From an uncultured bacterium (GTDB lineage: Bacteria; Babelota; Babeliae; Babelales; Babelaceae), in contig OY970209.1 in NCBI GenBank assembly GCA_963713855.1, positions 1,184,001 to 1,248,000 of the forward strand: a stretch of 64,000 bases of DNA, given 5' to 3'. The notes beneath the pieces were generated by a model. That model had not been told where the DNA came from and searched no databases. It saw nothing but the letters and a program-made list of their open reading frames with translations. The number at the start of each line of letters is the position of its first letter. Positions within the stretch are counted from its first letter, which is position 1. The position numbers were made by a program, and so were the translations under genes. Positions 38,820-49,056 of the stretch are shown here, piece by piece.

Positions 38820-40946
38820 TTAAAGAGGTATCTCTTTACTTGTCAAAACTTTGCCAGGTTTTGGGGGTATTCGCTCAAATAATTTCATTACCGAGTTTAT
38901 TAAATCAGTAATATCGAATACCCTATCTTGTTGATACCACCCAGTAAAAGGTCCACGATCTATAGAATATAAGAATGCCTTACCTCTTTTGAGAGCTTCG
39001 ATAGTACTTTGGATTAAGGGCGGAGTTTTTGGATTTTTGAGCCCTAATCTATAAGCTTGTGCTATAGCGTTAAGAGCCTCATTTAAGCTGAGCATGAAAT
39101 GAGCTCGGATACGGAGTGTGTCATTAAAAAGAGTTCTCTGATTCTCGTTCAGCTGGTTAACCAGGACATCACATTGGTTTGCTACTTCTTGGAATTTTAA
39201 CTTCGACGCGAGCGTGCCTTCAATTAATGCATCGATTTGATTTTTGGACAGGTTATCTTTTGGAACAATGTTAAAGGTGCGTCCTTGCACAGATTCTGTT
39301 CCAAGGTCAGTTAGCGGATTTGGATTAAATGCTTTTTTAAAGGATTTTACAAGCTGGCTAATTGCTTTTTGATAACGTAAGTCTTGAAACACATATTGCC
39401 TTTTAAATCCGGGTAAATCAGATTTTTTTTGGCTCCAGAAGGCATCAAAATATTCTTTATATAGGCGTGCGATTGTTTGGGCGCTATCATCACCAAAATA
39501 ACGTCTACAAAAATCGAGTACAAAAATATCGGTGTTGTATTTTTCGAAATTCCACATCATTGCTGCATGGGCTGACAAACTCAGAAGATGCTCTCTTATG
39601 TTGCCAACATTAACGATAGAAAAGTAAACGGGACGAGCAAGCTTTTTCCGGAGATACCTAAAATTATCTTCCATTTTCCATGGTCCTTCTGCCTGTGCAA
39701 GATGCGAGCCGGTAGATGTAAACTGCAGATTCATGTAATATCCAACATTCATATCCAAGCTATTATCTTCAAATTTTTGAAGCTCTTTACCGGGGTAATG
39801 ATCGCGCCGAGCCGCAACGAAGATCAATGTAACATTCGGACCTACTGGAGGCTGTATCATATTTTGATGATAGAGGTCCGCTACTTCATTATAAAGTATG
39901 GTTCGATATTCTTGGGGAACACCCATGATTTCTGCTACAAGCGCTTTTTGTCTAGCTAACATCTTAGTAATAATTTGACCCCGTTCTTTTGCCGAGCGCG
40001 GAGCATCCTTAAAGGTCTGCCAAAAAGGATTGTCTCCAGCACCACGAAATCCGAGTACCCAGACCATAGGAATTCCTGCTTTCTTGATCTGTTCTATTTT
40101 GTAACGCCAGAACTCTTCTATTTGTGCCTGATTTTTTAACAATAGTTCTGGAGGATTCATCTTTCTTACTGTTCTCCAGTAAGCATCCCATTGTTCGAAA
40201 GAACTGCCTAAGGGACTGTGATGGTGAGAAGTATTAACTAGCCCGTATGAATGTATGAGTTTTACCGTGGGAGAGACGCCAAACTCTCCAAAGAAATCAT
40301 ACTTATCTGTATCGAGCCATTCTATAACGTTTAACTTCAGCCTCAGTGCAGTCTCAAGCCATATCTCATTATTTTCCTTCGATAATTTTCGCCAAGGGGC
40401 TATTAAGTCCATATCGTTAAGAAACCAGCCACGATATTTAACTTCTGGGGATGGATAGGTAAGATTGAGATTAAGTGGAATGGTGATTTTTTTTTCAGGT
40501 GCCCACCCTGCAAAAAACCATAAAGGTGGAACACCCAGTACTTTTTCGCTAAAGGTATAAATAGCGTAAATAGTACCGCGAGTATCCGATCCGTGTAAGA
40601 CGATGTGCTCTACGCCATTGAGCGAATGACTGTAGACTCGATGAGCCTCCCAACCTCTCATCGGTTCTAACAAAGTATCTTTTTTTGAATTAAGGATAAT
40701 AATGCCAGGAGAAGTTATTGTACTTAATGGTTTTACTAAAGATTTTTTGCCTAGCACCTTCTTTATATCTCTTTTGAGTGCTTCAATAGCTTTATACTCA
40801 GGGTCCTTAGGTAATAGAGAAGTATACAGTACGATATCACTATCCAGTATGCGATTTTGCCCTAGAACGATAGACGGTAACAGAAAGAGGAAATAAAGTC
40901 CAAAAAGCGAGATGGTACTATTCTTAATCGACTTGAAGTATCCCAT
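38820..40946 (-). CDS. Glycoside hydrolase family 115-like protein, exported
   Basis: GSDTRGTIYAIYTFSE..GV.P..FF, P.VKYRG.FLND, SHH.P, LGFRG.GD.PF. Confidence 0.8.
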   Translation of the reverse strand: MGYFKSIKNSTISLFGLYFLFLLPSIVLGQNRILDSDIVLYTSLLPKDPEYKAIEALKRDIKKVLGKKSLVKPLSTITSPGIIILNSKKDTLLEPMRGWEAHRVYSHSLNGVEHIVLHGSDTRGTIYAIYTFSEKVLGVPPLWFFAGWAPEKKITIPLNLNLTYPSPEVKYRGWFLNDMDLIAPWRKLSKENNEIWLETALRLKLNVIEWLDTDKYDFFGEFGVSPTVKLIHSYGLVNTSHHHSPLGSSFEQWDAYWRTVRKMNPPELLLKNQAQIEEFWRYKIEQIKKAGIPMVWVLGFRGAGDNPFWQTFKDAPRSAKERGQIITKMLARQKALVAEIMGVPQEYRTILYNEVADLYHQNMIQPPVGPNVTLIFVAARRDHYPGKELQKFEDNSLDMNVGYYMNLQFTSTGSHLAQAEGPWKMEDNFRYLRKKLARPVYFSIVNVGNIREHLLSLSAHAAMMWNFEKYNTDIFVLDFCRRYFGDDSAQTIARLYKEYFDAFWSQKKSDLPGFKRQYVFQDLRYQKAISQLVKSFKKAFNPNPLTDLGTESVQGRTFNIVPKDNLSKNQIDALIEGTLASKLKFQEVANQCDVLVNQLNENQRTLFNDTLRIRAHFMLSLNEALNAIAQAYRLGLKNPKTPPLIQSTIEALKRGKAFLYSIDRGPFTGWYQQDRVFDITDLINSVMKLFERIPPKPGKVLTSKEIPL

Positions 40947-41107
40947 TAATAGCCCTTCGGTTCCATTACTAGAGATAAGCTAACAGCTAAAGCATCTAGA
41001 TATCAATACGTGTAGCTTACCTGCCTTAAAAAGAGAAGGTCGGGCCTGGACTACCCGAACGGGTCTTTTTACGGTACACTTACTAGAAAAAGACTCAAAG
41101 GGACTCT

Positions 41108-42523
41108 ATGAGCCAATTACCGGACATTACGACGCAGTTTTCTGAGTGGTACCTTGACGTTGTGTATAAAGCTGGCCTTGCCGATCACGCACCAGTACGC
41201 GGTTGTATTGTTGTTATGCCTTATGGGTGCGCTTTGTGGGAGCGTATAACCTGTGTGCTAGATGCAAAAATTAAAGCCACAGGCCATCATAACGCACTCT
41301 TTCCCTTACTCATCCCTGAATCTTTTTTAAAAAAAGAAGCGCAGCATGTTGAGGGCTTTGCGCCCGAGCTTGCAGTTGTGACGTATGCGGGAGGTAAGGA
41401 GCTTGAAGAGCCACTCGTTGTTCGGCCTACCTCCGAAACTATTATACATTACATGTTTGCGCGCTGGATTAAGTCATGGCGCGATCTACCCATGAAAGTC
41501 AACCAGTGGTGCAGCGTTGTTCGTTGGGAGATGCGTACACGTCCCTTCTTCCGCACAACTGAGTTCTGGTGGCAGGAAGGGCACACAGCGCACGAGACTG
41601 CAAAAGAAGCCGAAGAAGAAGCCCGATTGATGCTTGAGCAGTACAGAGATCTTATACAAAATTATCTTGCAATACCTGTTGTAGCGGGCCTTAAATCAGA
41701 ATCTGAACGCTTTGCCGGCGCTGATAAAACTTTTACCCTTGAAGGCATGATGCCCGATGGCAAGGCTCTTCAAATGTGCACATCCCATATGATTTCACAA
41801 AACTTTGCTCGTGCTTTTGGCATGGCCTACCAACACAGGCAGGGCGGCGTATCGTACCCATACCTTACAAGCTGGGGCCTTACTACACGTGTGATAGGTG
41901 CTCTCATCATGACACATGGAGACCAAAAAGGGCTTATTATTCCTCCCGCTATAGCACCAATTCAGGTTGTGATTGTGCCAATTTTTAAGCAAGAATCGCG
42001 ACACGCCGTGCTAGAAGCAGCGCAAAAAATTTCTGACGAATTAAGCAAAACATGCCGTGTGTTTGTAGACACTGACGCTGAAGAAACACCCGGTGCTAAG
42101 TTTTATAAATGGGAGCTTAAAGGTGTACCTTTGCGTATAGAGCTTGGTCCACGAGACCTTGCAGAGGGTAAAGCAACACTCATAAGTCGTATCGACACGA
42201 ACGTTAAAAAAACGTATCCTTTATCTTCGTTGACGGAAATTGTTTTACAAAAACTTGCAGACATCCAAAAAGAGCTTCTTGAAAGAGCTACCAACAAAAG
42301 AGACAAGCTGTGGCATAAAGGGGACACTTTAGAAAACATGGTGCCCGCGCTGGAAAAGGGTGGCTTTCAGCAAGTTGCATGGTGTGGCAAGTACGATTGT
42401 GAGCTTAAGCTTAAAGAGCATAAAGCAACTATTCGCTGTAGGCTTTCGGGTAGTACCGCTCCTGTTTGCTTTGCTTGTAGAGCACCTACGACCGGCGATG
42501 TGCTTGTTGCACGAGCTTATTAA
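41108..42523 (+). CDS. proS: Proline--tRNA ligase (archaeal/eukaryote type)
   Basis: FSEWY, VRGC, HVEGFAPE, RPTSET, NQW.SVVRWE, RTTEF.WQEGHT, GVPLRIELGPRD, C-terminal ARAY. Confidence 0.96.
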   Translation: MSQLPDITTQFSEWYLDVVYKAGLADHAPVRGCIVVMPYGCALWERITCVLDAKIKATGHHNALFPLLIPESFLKKEAQHVEGFAPELAVVTYAGGKELEEPLVVRPTSETIIHYMFARWIKSWRDLPMKVNQWCSVVRWEMRTRPFFRTTEFWWQEGHTAHETAKEAEEEARLMLEQYRDLIQNYLAIPVVAGLKSESERFAGADKTFTLEGMMPDGKALQMCTSHMISQNFARAFGMAYQHRQGGVSYPYLTSWGLTTRVIGALIMTHGDQKGLIIPPAIAPIQVVIVPIFKQESRHAVLEAAQKISDELSKTCRVFVDTDAEETPGAKFYKWELKGVPLRIELGPRDLAEGKATLISRIDTNVKKTYPLSSLTEIVLQKLADIQKELLERATNKRDKLWHKGDTLENMVPALEKGGFQQVAWCGKYDCELKLKEHKATIRCRLSGSTAPVCFACRAPTTGDVLVARAY

Positions 42524-42554
42524 TGTTGTATACCTTAAATATGTGAGTCTTTTT

Positions 42555-43679
42555 ATGGAAAAACGCTTTGTTATTGACCAAAAACAGTTACTCAACTTGC
42601 TCGCTTCAATGCAACCTATCTGCACAAAGCGAAGCACGGTAGACACAACAAGCATGATCCTTTTTCAAGCGGGCTATAAAGAGCTTGTTTTAAAAAGCAC
42701 CGATCTTGAAATCAGCCTACAAGCAAGCTGCTTACTGAAAGAAAGCTCTCTTACTGAACCGGAACTCTTTCTTGTGCAGGGAAAGCGTATATTTGAAGTA
42801 GTAAAAGAGCTTGAAGGCCCGATTGAATGCTCGCTTATAAATAATCAGCTTGTGCTTGAAGCAAGCTCTGTCACGCTTAGCTTAAATGTGCGCGAGGCGC
42901 ATGAGTTTCCACCATTTCCTGAACGCATTGAAAATCTCATGCACTTGGATGCTGCAGTCTTTCTTAAGGTGCTTGACAGTGTCGCGTTCCTTATCCCACA
43001 AAACAACACAAACGCTGCACTCAATGGACTTCTTCTAGAAATTGCCCCAGATAAGCTCACCATGACAACGACAGACGGCCACTGCTTAGCCCAAGTACGT
43101 TCACCACGTTATACACTGCCTACGCGACGTACATGGCTTTTACCTCGACGGGCCATTTTTGAGCTTAAAAAGATCCTTGAAACATATCAGGATCAAGCTA
43201 TTTTTCTGGGTCTTTGTTCACAACAGCTTGTTTTTTCGGGCGAGGTTTTTAATTTCTTTACAAAGCTTCTGGCAGATCCATTCCCTCAGTATCAGAGCGT
43301 TATGGATAAAACAGCCTTTGTTCCCGCAACAATCGACCGCTCTCGCCTTATAAAAACACTTCGCCGCTCAGCCTGCCTTTTATCAGGACAGTTTCTGGCG
43401 ACCAGGTTCGCATTTACAAAAGATGCATTACGCGTATCTCTTAAAAACAAAGAAGTGGGAACACTTGATGAAGCATTGCCTATCCAAGGAGCTTTACAGG
43501 ATGAGCTTGATATACGCTTTTACGCGCCCTATCTTTTAAGCGGCCTACAAGCCTTTGCGTCAGAACAGCTTACCTTCTATCTACAAAACGGCTCAAAGCC
43601 GATTATTTTTGAAGCAGAGGACGCTGATATGCACCTAACATACCTCGTTATGCCAGTTGCACCGATGGCAGCATCGTAA
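42555..43679 (+). CDS. dnaN: DNA polymerase III beta sliding clamp
   Basis: STDLEI, EFP.FP, LNG.LL, TDGH.LA, FP.Y..V, YLVMP. 374 aa from ATG 42555. Confidence 0.92.
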   Translation: MEKRFVIDQKQLLNLLASMQPICTKRSTVDTTSMILFQAGYKELVLKSTDLEISLQASCLLKESSLTEPELFLVQGKRIFEVVKELEGPIECSLINNQLVLEASSVTLSLNVREAHEFPPFPERIENLMHLDAAVFLKVLDSVAFLIPQNNTNAALNGLLLEIAPDKLTMTTTDGHCLAQVRSPRYTLPTRRTWLLPRRAIFELKKILETYQDQAIFLGLCSQQLVFSGEVFNFFTKLLADPFPQYQSVMDKTAFVPATIDRSRLIKTLRRSACLLSGQFLATRFAFTKDALRVSLKNKEVGTLDEALPIQGALQDELDIRFYAPYLLSGLQAFASEQLTFYLQNGSKPIIFEAEDADMHLTYLVMPVAPMAAS

Positions 43680-43681
43680 TT

Positions 43682-44737
43682 ATGTTTATTACGTCGCTCA
43701 AGCTTAAAAACTTTCGCTGTTTTAGCTCGTATGAAGCGCATTTTACAGAGCCGGTCGTTCTTATTTGTGGTCCTAACGGCTCAGGCAAAACTTCGCTTCT
43801 TGAATCGCTCTACTATTCGTGCTATTTAAAATCATTCAAAACAAAAACAACGCGTGAGCTTGTAGGTGATAGTGCTGATGCTTTTTCTATTAAGCTCGAT
43901 GTAGCACCGGTACTAAAAGAGACGAGTACTGCCGTAGCTCTTGGGTATAGCCCTGCTCGACGTATCGTAAAGCTTAATGATACACCACTAAAAGCGCATA
44001 AAGATCTTTTGGGGCTTTACCGGGTTATTGCTATTACGGACGAAGATCTTACGCTTATAAAGGGATATCCGGAGGTACGCCGTTCCTTTGTTGATCAGGC
44101 TGCAAGCTTGATTGATGCAACATACGCAAGCACGCTAAGAAAATATCTGCATATCGTCCAGCAACGTACAGCTCTTCTTGCAAGCCCTGTATTAGATAAA
44201 GAGTCATATGAGATATGGACAGCTCAACTACACGACACCGCGGATCATATACGCAATAAGAGAAGAAGGCTTTTGGCACTACTTGAGATAGAGGTCAATA
44301 AGCTGATTTCATTATTTTTTAATGGGTCACTTCAAAGTGTTAAGTTTTTATATGAGCCAAAAGAGTCCTCATATGACATCTCAAAGCAGGAACGCGCTGC
44401 TAAACGCACCCTTATAGGTGCCCACCTTGACGATTTTCAAATTGTGATACAAGCGGGCAATTCAGCCCGCTCATCACGCGCTTATGCTTCACGCGGCCAA
44501 CAAAAACTACTTGCACTTCTTCTTAAAGTTGCACAGCCAGCAGTTACGCTTCCTCAATCATGCCTTTTTCTTCTGGATGATGTTGCATGCGATCTTGATT
44601 CCACCAAATTCGAACAGTTTGTTGACCTTATCGCATCCCACAATACGCAAATCATCATTACTTCGCCTCTTGTAAGTGCACTAGATAATCCATTATGGAA
44701 GCGCTACACGCCGCAAATAATTACCCTAGGCCTGTAA
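43682..44737 (+). CDS. recF: DNA replication/repair protein RecF
   Basis: LKNFR, GPNGSGKTSLLE, P..RR.F.D, G.H.DD, ASRGQQK, LLDDV..DLD. Follows dnaN. Confidence 0.92.
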   Translation: MFITSLKLKNFRCFSSYEAHFTEPVVLICGPNGSGKTSLLESLYYSCYLKSFKTKTTRELVGDSADAFSIKLDVAPVLKETSTAVALGYSPARRIVKLNDTPLKAHKDLLGLYRVIAITDEDLTLIKGYPEVRRSFVDQAASLIDATYASTLRKYLHIVQQRTALLASPVLDKESYEIWTAQLHDTADHIRNKRRRLLALLEIEVNKLISLFFNGSLQSVKFLYEPKESSYDISKQERAAKRTLIGAHLDDFQIVIQAGNSARSSRAYASRGQQKLLALLLKVAQPAVTLPQSCLFLLDDVACDLDSTKFEQFVDLIASHNTQIIITSPLVSALDNPLWKRYTPQIITLGL

Positions 44738-45698
44738 CTTTTTGAACAAATGTTTCCATTGTTGGTGCTTGTATGAACTGATCACATATGTAGTAATAAA
44801 ATGGGCAGCTATATGCAGTGTCCGAATGCTTGTGTGGCGTGATAAAGGCAGCTTTGGAAGTTTTAGTGGCTTTCCAAAGTTTTTCAAAATGGCTAGGCAA
44901 AACCATGCGGTCATCCTGCCCGTAAATAAATAAAATCGGAGTATCTGTCAGATACGGCAAATACTCCTCAATCGATACACGCGGCACGAGAAGTTTTAAA
45001 AGCATAAGAAGCGGTTGCCGGACTAATGCAAAGGCCAAAATCGATTTAATAAGGGCTGGAGCACCTCCATCCTGAGGATTAAATGGCAGCCATGGATCTA
45101 AGCTGATACTTTCTGCCAGAGCATAGAGTGAAAGCCAGCAACTGTCCAAAATAAGCTTATCAAATAAGCGCTTTCCTACCTTTTGAGCATTTACTTGAGC
45201 TTGAACAAAATGAAAATTACTGTAGCAATGTCCAAGGCAAACCTTCTGCTCATAATTCTTACGCTGCTCCAAAAAACGGGCAACAGCGCAGATCTCTTCC
45301 TCTTCTTGATAGATAAAGGTATCAAGCGGGCAAAGCCAAGTAGATCCATTTAATAAAAGAGGTAGCAACGTGTTCCAGCGATAATCAAACGTAATGATAT
45401 CATAGTCAGAAAAAAATCTTGCTAAATGAACCATGGAAAGCTTATCACCAGGAAACCCCTGTCCTAAAATAAGCACTCTTGGGCTTTTTCGATCAAAAAA
45501 ATACGCCTCGAAAGATAGGCCACTTTCAGTTTTTAAAGTAAGCAACTGCGGCTCCAGAATGCCTTGTAGAAGGCTTTGCGTGTATTGAGAAACCACTATG
45601 CTCTGTTTTTGAGTATCCGTCCTCAAAAAGTACCCACTTACGTCGCACTGCGCGCTAAACACACCAAGCAAAAAAATACCAAGCGCCCAAAACATCAA
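44721..45698 (-). CDS. Alpha/beta hydrolase with Cys at the nucleophile elbow
   Basis: GQGFPG, FDYRW, LGHCYS, LILDS, PILFIYG.DD, C-terminal His. Signal peptide. Confidence 0.75.
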   Translation of the reverse strand: MMFWALGIFLLGVFSAQCDVSGYFLRTDTQKQSIVVSQYTQSLLQGILEPQLLTLKTESGLSFEAYFFDRKSPRVLILGQGFPGDKLSMVHLARFFSDYDIITFDYRWNTLLPLLLNGSTWLCPLDTFIYQEEEEICAVARFLEQRKNYEQKVCLGHCYSNFHFVQAQVNAQKVGKRLFDKLILDSCWLSLYALAESISLDPWLPFNPQDGGAPALIKSILAFALVRQPLLMLLKLLVPRVSIEEYLPYLTDTPILFIYGQDDRMVLPSHFEKLWKATKTSKAAFITPHKHSDTAYSCPFYYYICDQFIQAPTMETFVQKVTGLG

Positions 45699-46039
45699 AA
45701 TTCCTTAAATCGATATATTCATAAAAGTACCATAATGATAGGTAACTGTCACAATTGCATTATTTTGCAAAATGTATATTATTATTTAAAAATTAACCAA
45801 TGAAGATACTAAGGGCATTATGTAAAACTTACCCTTCTGTGTGCAGTATTCTCAAAACAAAGACTTTCTATTAGCCCATCCATTCCTTTGCCTCTCGTAT
45901 CAAACGCTTTGAGTATCTCTTGAGCGCCCGTTTCATTATCTGCTAAAATGCTTTGTCAATAAAAATGCCTAGCACCTAAGTCAAATATAAGCCAATTAAA
46001 AAGCCTTTAAGCTATGGCTCTCAGAGAAAAGGAATAACC

Positions 46040-47104
46040 TTGTTTTACAACTACACAAAACATAGTATTGGTATAGTTCTTTTTAGCTTTAGCATTTTAA
46101 GCAACTGCCAGAGTGATTTAGCTTATCCTCAAGCCTATAAAGACATAGCGAAAATTATGAACTGGAAAATCGGCGTGTGTGTAACGGCATACAATCGTCC
46201 AACCTATTTTAGACAAACATTAGCTGCATTCGAGTTAAATCCAGAATCAGAGTCTTTGCCTTTTTTCTTTATACTCGATGGGGGACCAAAGGCAACGCAA
46301 TTTGAGAATAAAGAATTGATCGTTAATTCTAAAATAAAAAGTAAAGAAATTATATACCGAGATCGTAATTATGGCTGCGGAAGAAATATTATCGATGCGC
46401 GCAGATTCATGTTCGATTGGTGTGGCTTTGAAATAGTTTTTTTCTTTGAAGACGATTTAATCGTAAGCTCTTCATACTTCTCAGTACTCAAAAATATCTA
46501 TAACTGGTCGCGGCGCTTTCAAAACATTGGCGTTGTTCAAGGCTGGAATAAATGCTTGTTAACGTATGAAGAAAAAATACCTCTAGCAAAGCATATTAAG
46601 GAGTTACCTGGACCTATTGCAGGAAGTGGAGCAGATTTATGGGGATGGGTCCTTCATAAGGACGCGTGGCGCAGCATCAAGCCCATACTTTATGCTTTTG
46701 AGAAACTGTTCTTAAAAAACATAGATTACTGTGCGCGAGACCATAAAACGATACGGTCTTGGCTTATTTCTACCATTCCTCCTTTGCTGATCGAAAAAAA
46801 ATGTCCTGTACTTCAAGACCCCAATAAACAGTGTCCAAGGATGCATAAAAATATCCCGCGTTATGGTCTGCCCGCTGATCTCTCCATTTTGACATCAAAT
46901 TATTCGAGCCAAGACGCAGTGACTCTTCTTGCTCTCGCCATAACCGGCTACAAACGCTTAGCTACAACCGTTAATCGTGTGATCTACATAGGTGCAGATG
47001 GCGTCCATTTTTTTCCTGCTTTGTGGAAGAGCTTAGGATATGATCAAATGCACCTTGATGAAATGCCGGAAGACGCCTTAATACAAGATTTTGAATTGAC
47101 CTAA
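46040..47104 (+). CDS. GT-A fold glycosyltransferase
   Basis: TAYNRP.YF, ILDG, R..NYG, FEDDL, WGW, R..YIG..G.H. Confidence 0.8.
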   Translation: MFYNYTKHSIGIVLFSFSILSNCQSDLAYPQAYKDIAKIMNWKIGVCVTAYNRPTYFRQTLAAFELNPESESLPFFFILDGGPKATQFENKELIVNSKIKSKEIIYRDRNYGCGRNIIDARRFMFDWCGFEIVFFFEDDLIVSSSYFSVLKNIYNWSRRFQNIGVVQGWNKCLLTYEEKIPLAKHIKELPGPIAGSGADLWGWVLHKDAWRSIKPILYAFEKLFLKNIDYCARDHKTIRSWLISTIPPLLIEKKCPVLQDPNKQCPRMHKNIPRYGLPADLSILTSNYSSQDAVTLLALAITGYKRLATTVNRVIYIGADGVHFFPALWKSLGYDQMHLDEMPEDALIQDFELT

Positions 47105-47200
47105 TGCTGTTTAGGCATGACCGTTTGGTACCATTTTAAAGATCTCCACAAAAGTACCGGTATTCAAGTAGTTTTCTTAGCAAATCCTTAAGATACACGT

Positions 47201-47293
47201 TTTCTTGAACGGGGGTAGATATAAACTGCTGCGTATGAAAAAACAGCATTAATGAAAGCCCTAGATACCAATCAAATAGCATCTGTCCAATAT
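47201..47293 (+). pseudogene. Decayed ankyrin repeat remnant
   Basis: FLERG / VDIN / KTALMKALDTNQIASVQY spread across shifting frames. Confidence 0.5.
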
Positions 47294-47388
47294 AGCCAGA
47301 CATTAAAGACGCTCTCTCAAGAATAGTACAATTTTAAGAACGATTCTCATCTGGACTGATCTGGAAGCATTTTATAAATTTCGTTATG

Positions 47389-47521
47389 TTGACAAATAAA
47401 ATAAAACAAGTAATCTAAGACATGAAAAGATTGAAAAAACTCTCTTTTCAACTTTAATTAGGCTTCATTACTACTCTCCTTTTTCCACCATACTGACGCC
47501 AGTCAGTATGGTGGTTTTTTT
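47389..47521 (+). ncRNA. Candidate ~100-nt sRNA or leader transcript (promoter, 11-aa ORF, terminator)
   Basis: TTGACA-16-TAATCT promoter, ORF MKRLKKLSFQL (47422-47457), 13-bp stem 47485-47514 followed by T7. Confidence 0.5.
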
Positions 47522-47571
47522 GTGTCCAAAATGAGTAGACTACAAAAAGACAAAGCTAATAAAGGTTTTTT

Positions 47572-48753
47572 ATGCTGCTCATCGCTCTCCTGTTCCTGCT
47601 CAATACGAGTTATACTGCAGGCCTCGCACTAAAAGCCCTTTCTTCTACTACGGAAGTTTTAAAAGCCTCAGAGGAGCACAAAGACAAGATATGGTGGCAC
47701 TACTGCTTTCCCGTCGCAGGCATATATACTCATCCTCGCTATTTTCCGCCACGTTATACCTTTATACCCCATCAGTATTCACTGGAAATACTTGCCCCTA
47801 AAAAAGGGCTTGGTATTCGAATCGTTATGATCGACGTAAAAAAGCAACCCAACGCTGATGTAACAAAAAATCCCCTTTCGGGACATGCAGCGCACGCTTA
47901 TTCGCTCATAAAGCGAGAATGTAAGAGCGATATCGTGTGCTTATACTTAGAGAAAAACGATAAAGCTTCTCTCCTTAAAGCTCTAGATAGTGCTGCGGCT
48001 TTAAAGCCTGATATACTTCTGCTCAATCTTAAGCTTGACGACAACATAAATCCAGATACGCCTCTGTCACAGCTTCTCAACGCGCGCTTAAAATCATTTT
48101 CATACGTTGTCGCAGCAGCGGGAAACGACGGCAACTCCCAAATTGCCTACCCAGCACGATTTGAAGGAGTAACGTTTTCTGTCGGGGCATTTGGCATCAA
48201 AGAAGAAAGCGAATCATACTTTCCAACACCGTATGTGCCCTCTTTTTCGCAGCGTGAACCTCAAAAGGGGCCTACTTTCTTAGCCCCCGGGGTACACGTA
48301 CTTTCAAAAGCCGACCCTTCAGATTGGTATCTTACTATGAGCGGCACATCAACGGCAGCTTCGATGGTTGCACTGATGCTTGCACTTTTTCTGGGTGAAT
48401 ATAAGGAAGTACTCACCAAAGAAGAAAGCATCCAAGTTCTTACAGCTTCCTGCGTGCTACCAGCACCTACAAAAGAGTGGCTATCGGCCTCGATAAACGG
48501 CATTCTTGACTGTAGAACTGCGCTTTTTATAGGGCTTTGCGCTTCTAAAATGAAAAAAAGATGCAAGCTGCCTTTTACTGAAAGCGTAGAAGAGATTAAA
48601 AAGTATCTTTCTGCGACAAAACCGTGCCCATTTACCGATTTTCTATCCCATGCTCGACAATCTGCCGCTAAAGGACTATGCGCTACTGCCGTCCTGCCGA
48701 CTTCTTTTCATATAAAAACTCTCGTTAGAAAGCGGCAATATCAGAGGTCTTAA
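47572..48753 (+). CDS. S8 (subtilisin-like) serine peptidase, exported
   Basis: VMID (Asp), GHAAH (His), VAAAGND, YPA, SVGA, APG, MSGTS (Ser). Confidence 0.85.
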   Translation: MLLIALLFLLNTSYTAGLALKALSSTTEVLKASEEHKDKIWWHYCFPVAGIYTHPRYFPPRYTFIPHQYSLEILAPKKGLGIRIVMIDVKKQPNADVTKNPLSGHAAHAYSLIKRECKSDIVCLYLEKNDKASLLKALDSAAALKPDILLLNLKLDDNINPDTPLSQLLNARLKSFSYVVAAAGNDGNSQIAYPARFEGVTFSVGAFGIKEESESYFPTPYVPSFSQREPQKGPTFLAPGVHVLSKADPSDWYLTMSGTSTAASMVALMLALFLGEYKEVLTKEESIQVLTASCVLPAPTKEWLSASINGILDCRTALFIGLCASKMKKRCKLPFTESVEEIKKYLSATKPCPFTDFLSHARQSAAKGLCATAVLPTSFHIKTLVRKRQYQRS

Positions 48754-49056
48754 GTTTTTCTTCTTTTACCCAGTCCGTGAACTGTATGTCATACACCTTG
48801 GTAACATTGCGGTGTTTCTCCTTAGCCTTACATCTTGCCATTAGCTCGTGCGCAAGTATCTTGCTATCCGTTTGAGTGGGATAAAAAATTATCGGTTGTA
48901 AACGACAAGATCTTTAATTGACATTTTCTTATCGCTTGACTAGAGTGACGCCTGGATAAACTTCAAGTTAAAAATTTTTGTAATAAAGATGGAGAGAAAA
49001 GGAAAACATACCCATTATAAATTACATGTTCGACTGTATAAATAAAATGGTGGCTT

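Noticed and set aside
42360..42554. N-terminal extension of dnaN in the ORF track (likewise thyA 52435-52593)
   Set aside because: The dnaN extension overlaps proS and both lie before the family-typical start; downstream ATGs fit better.
45760..45790. dif-like sequence with tgtata spacer
   Set aside because: Both arms are poor; better read as a -35/-10 promoter.
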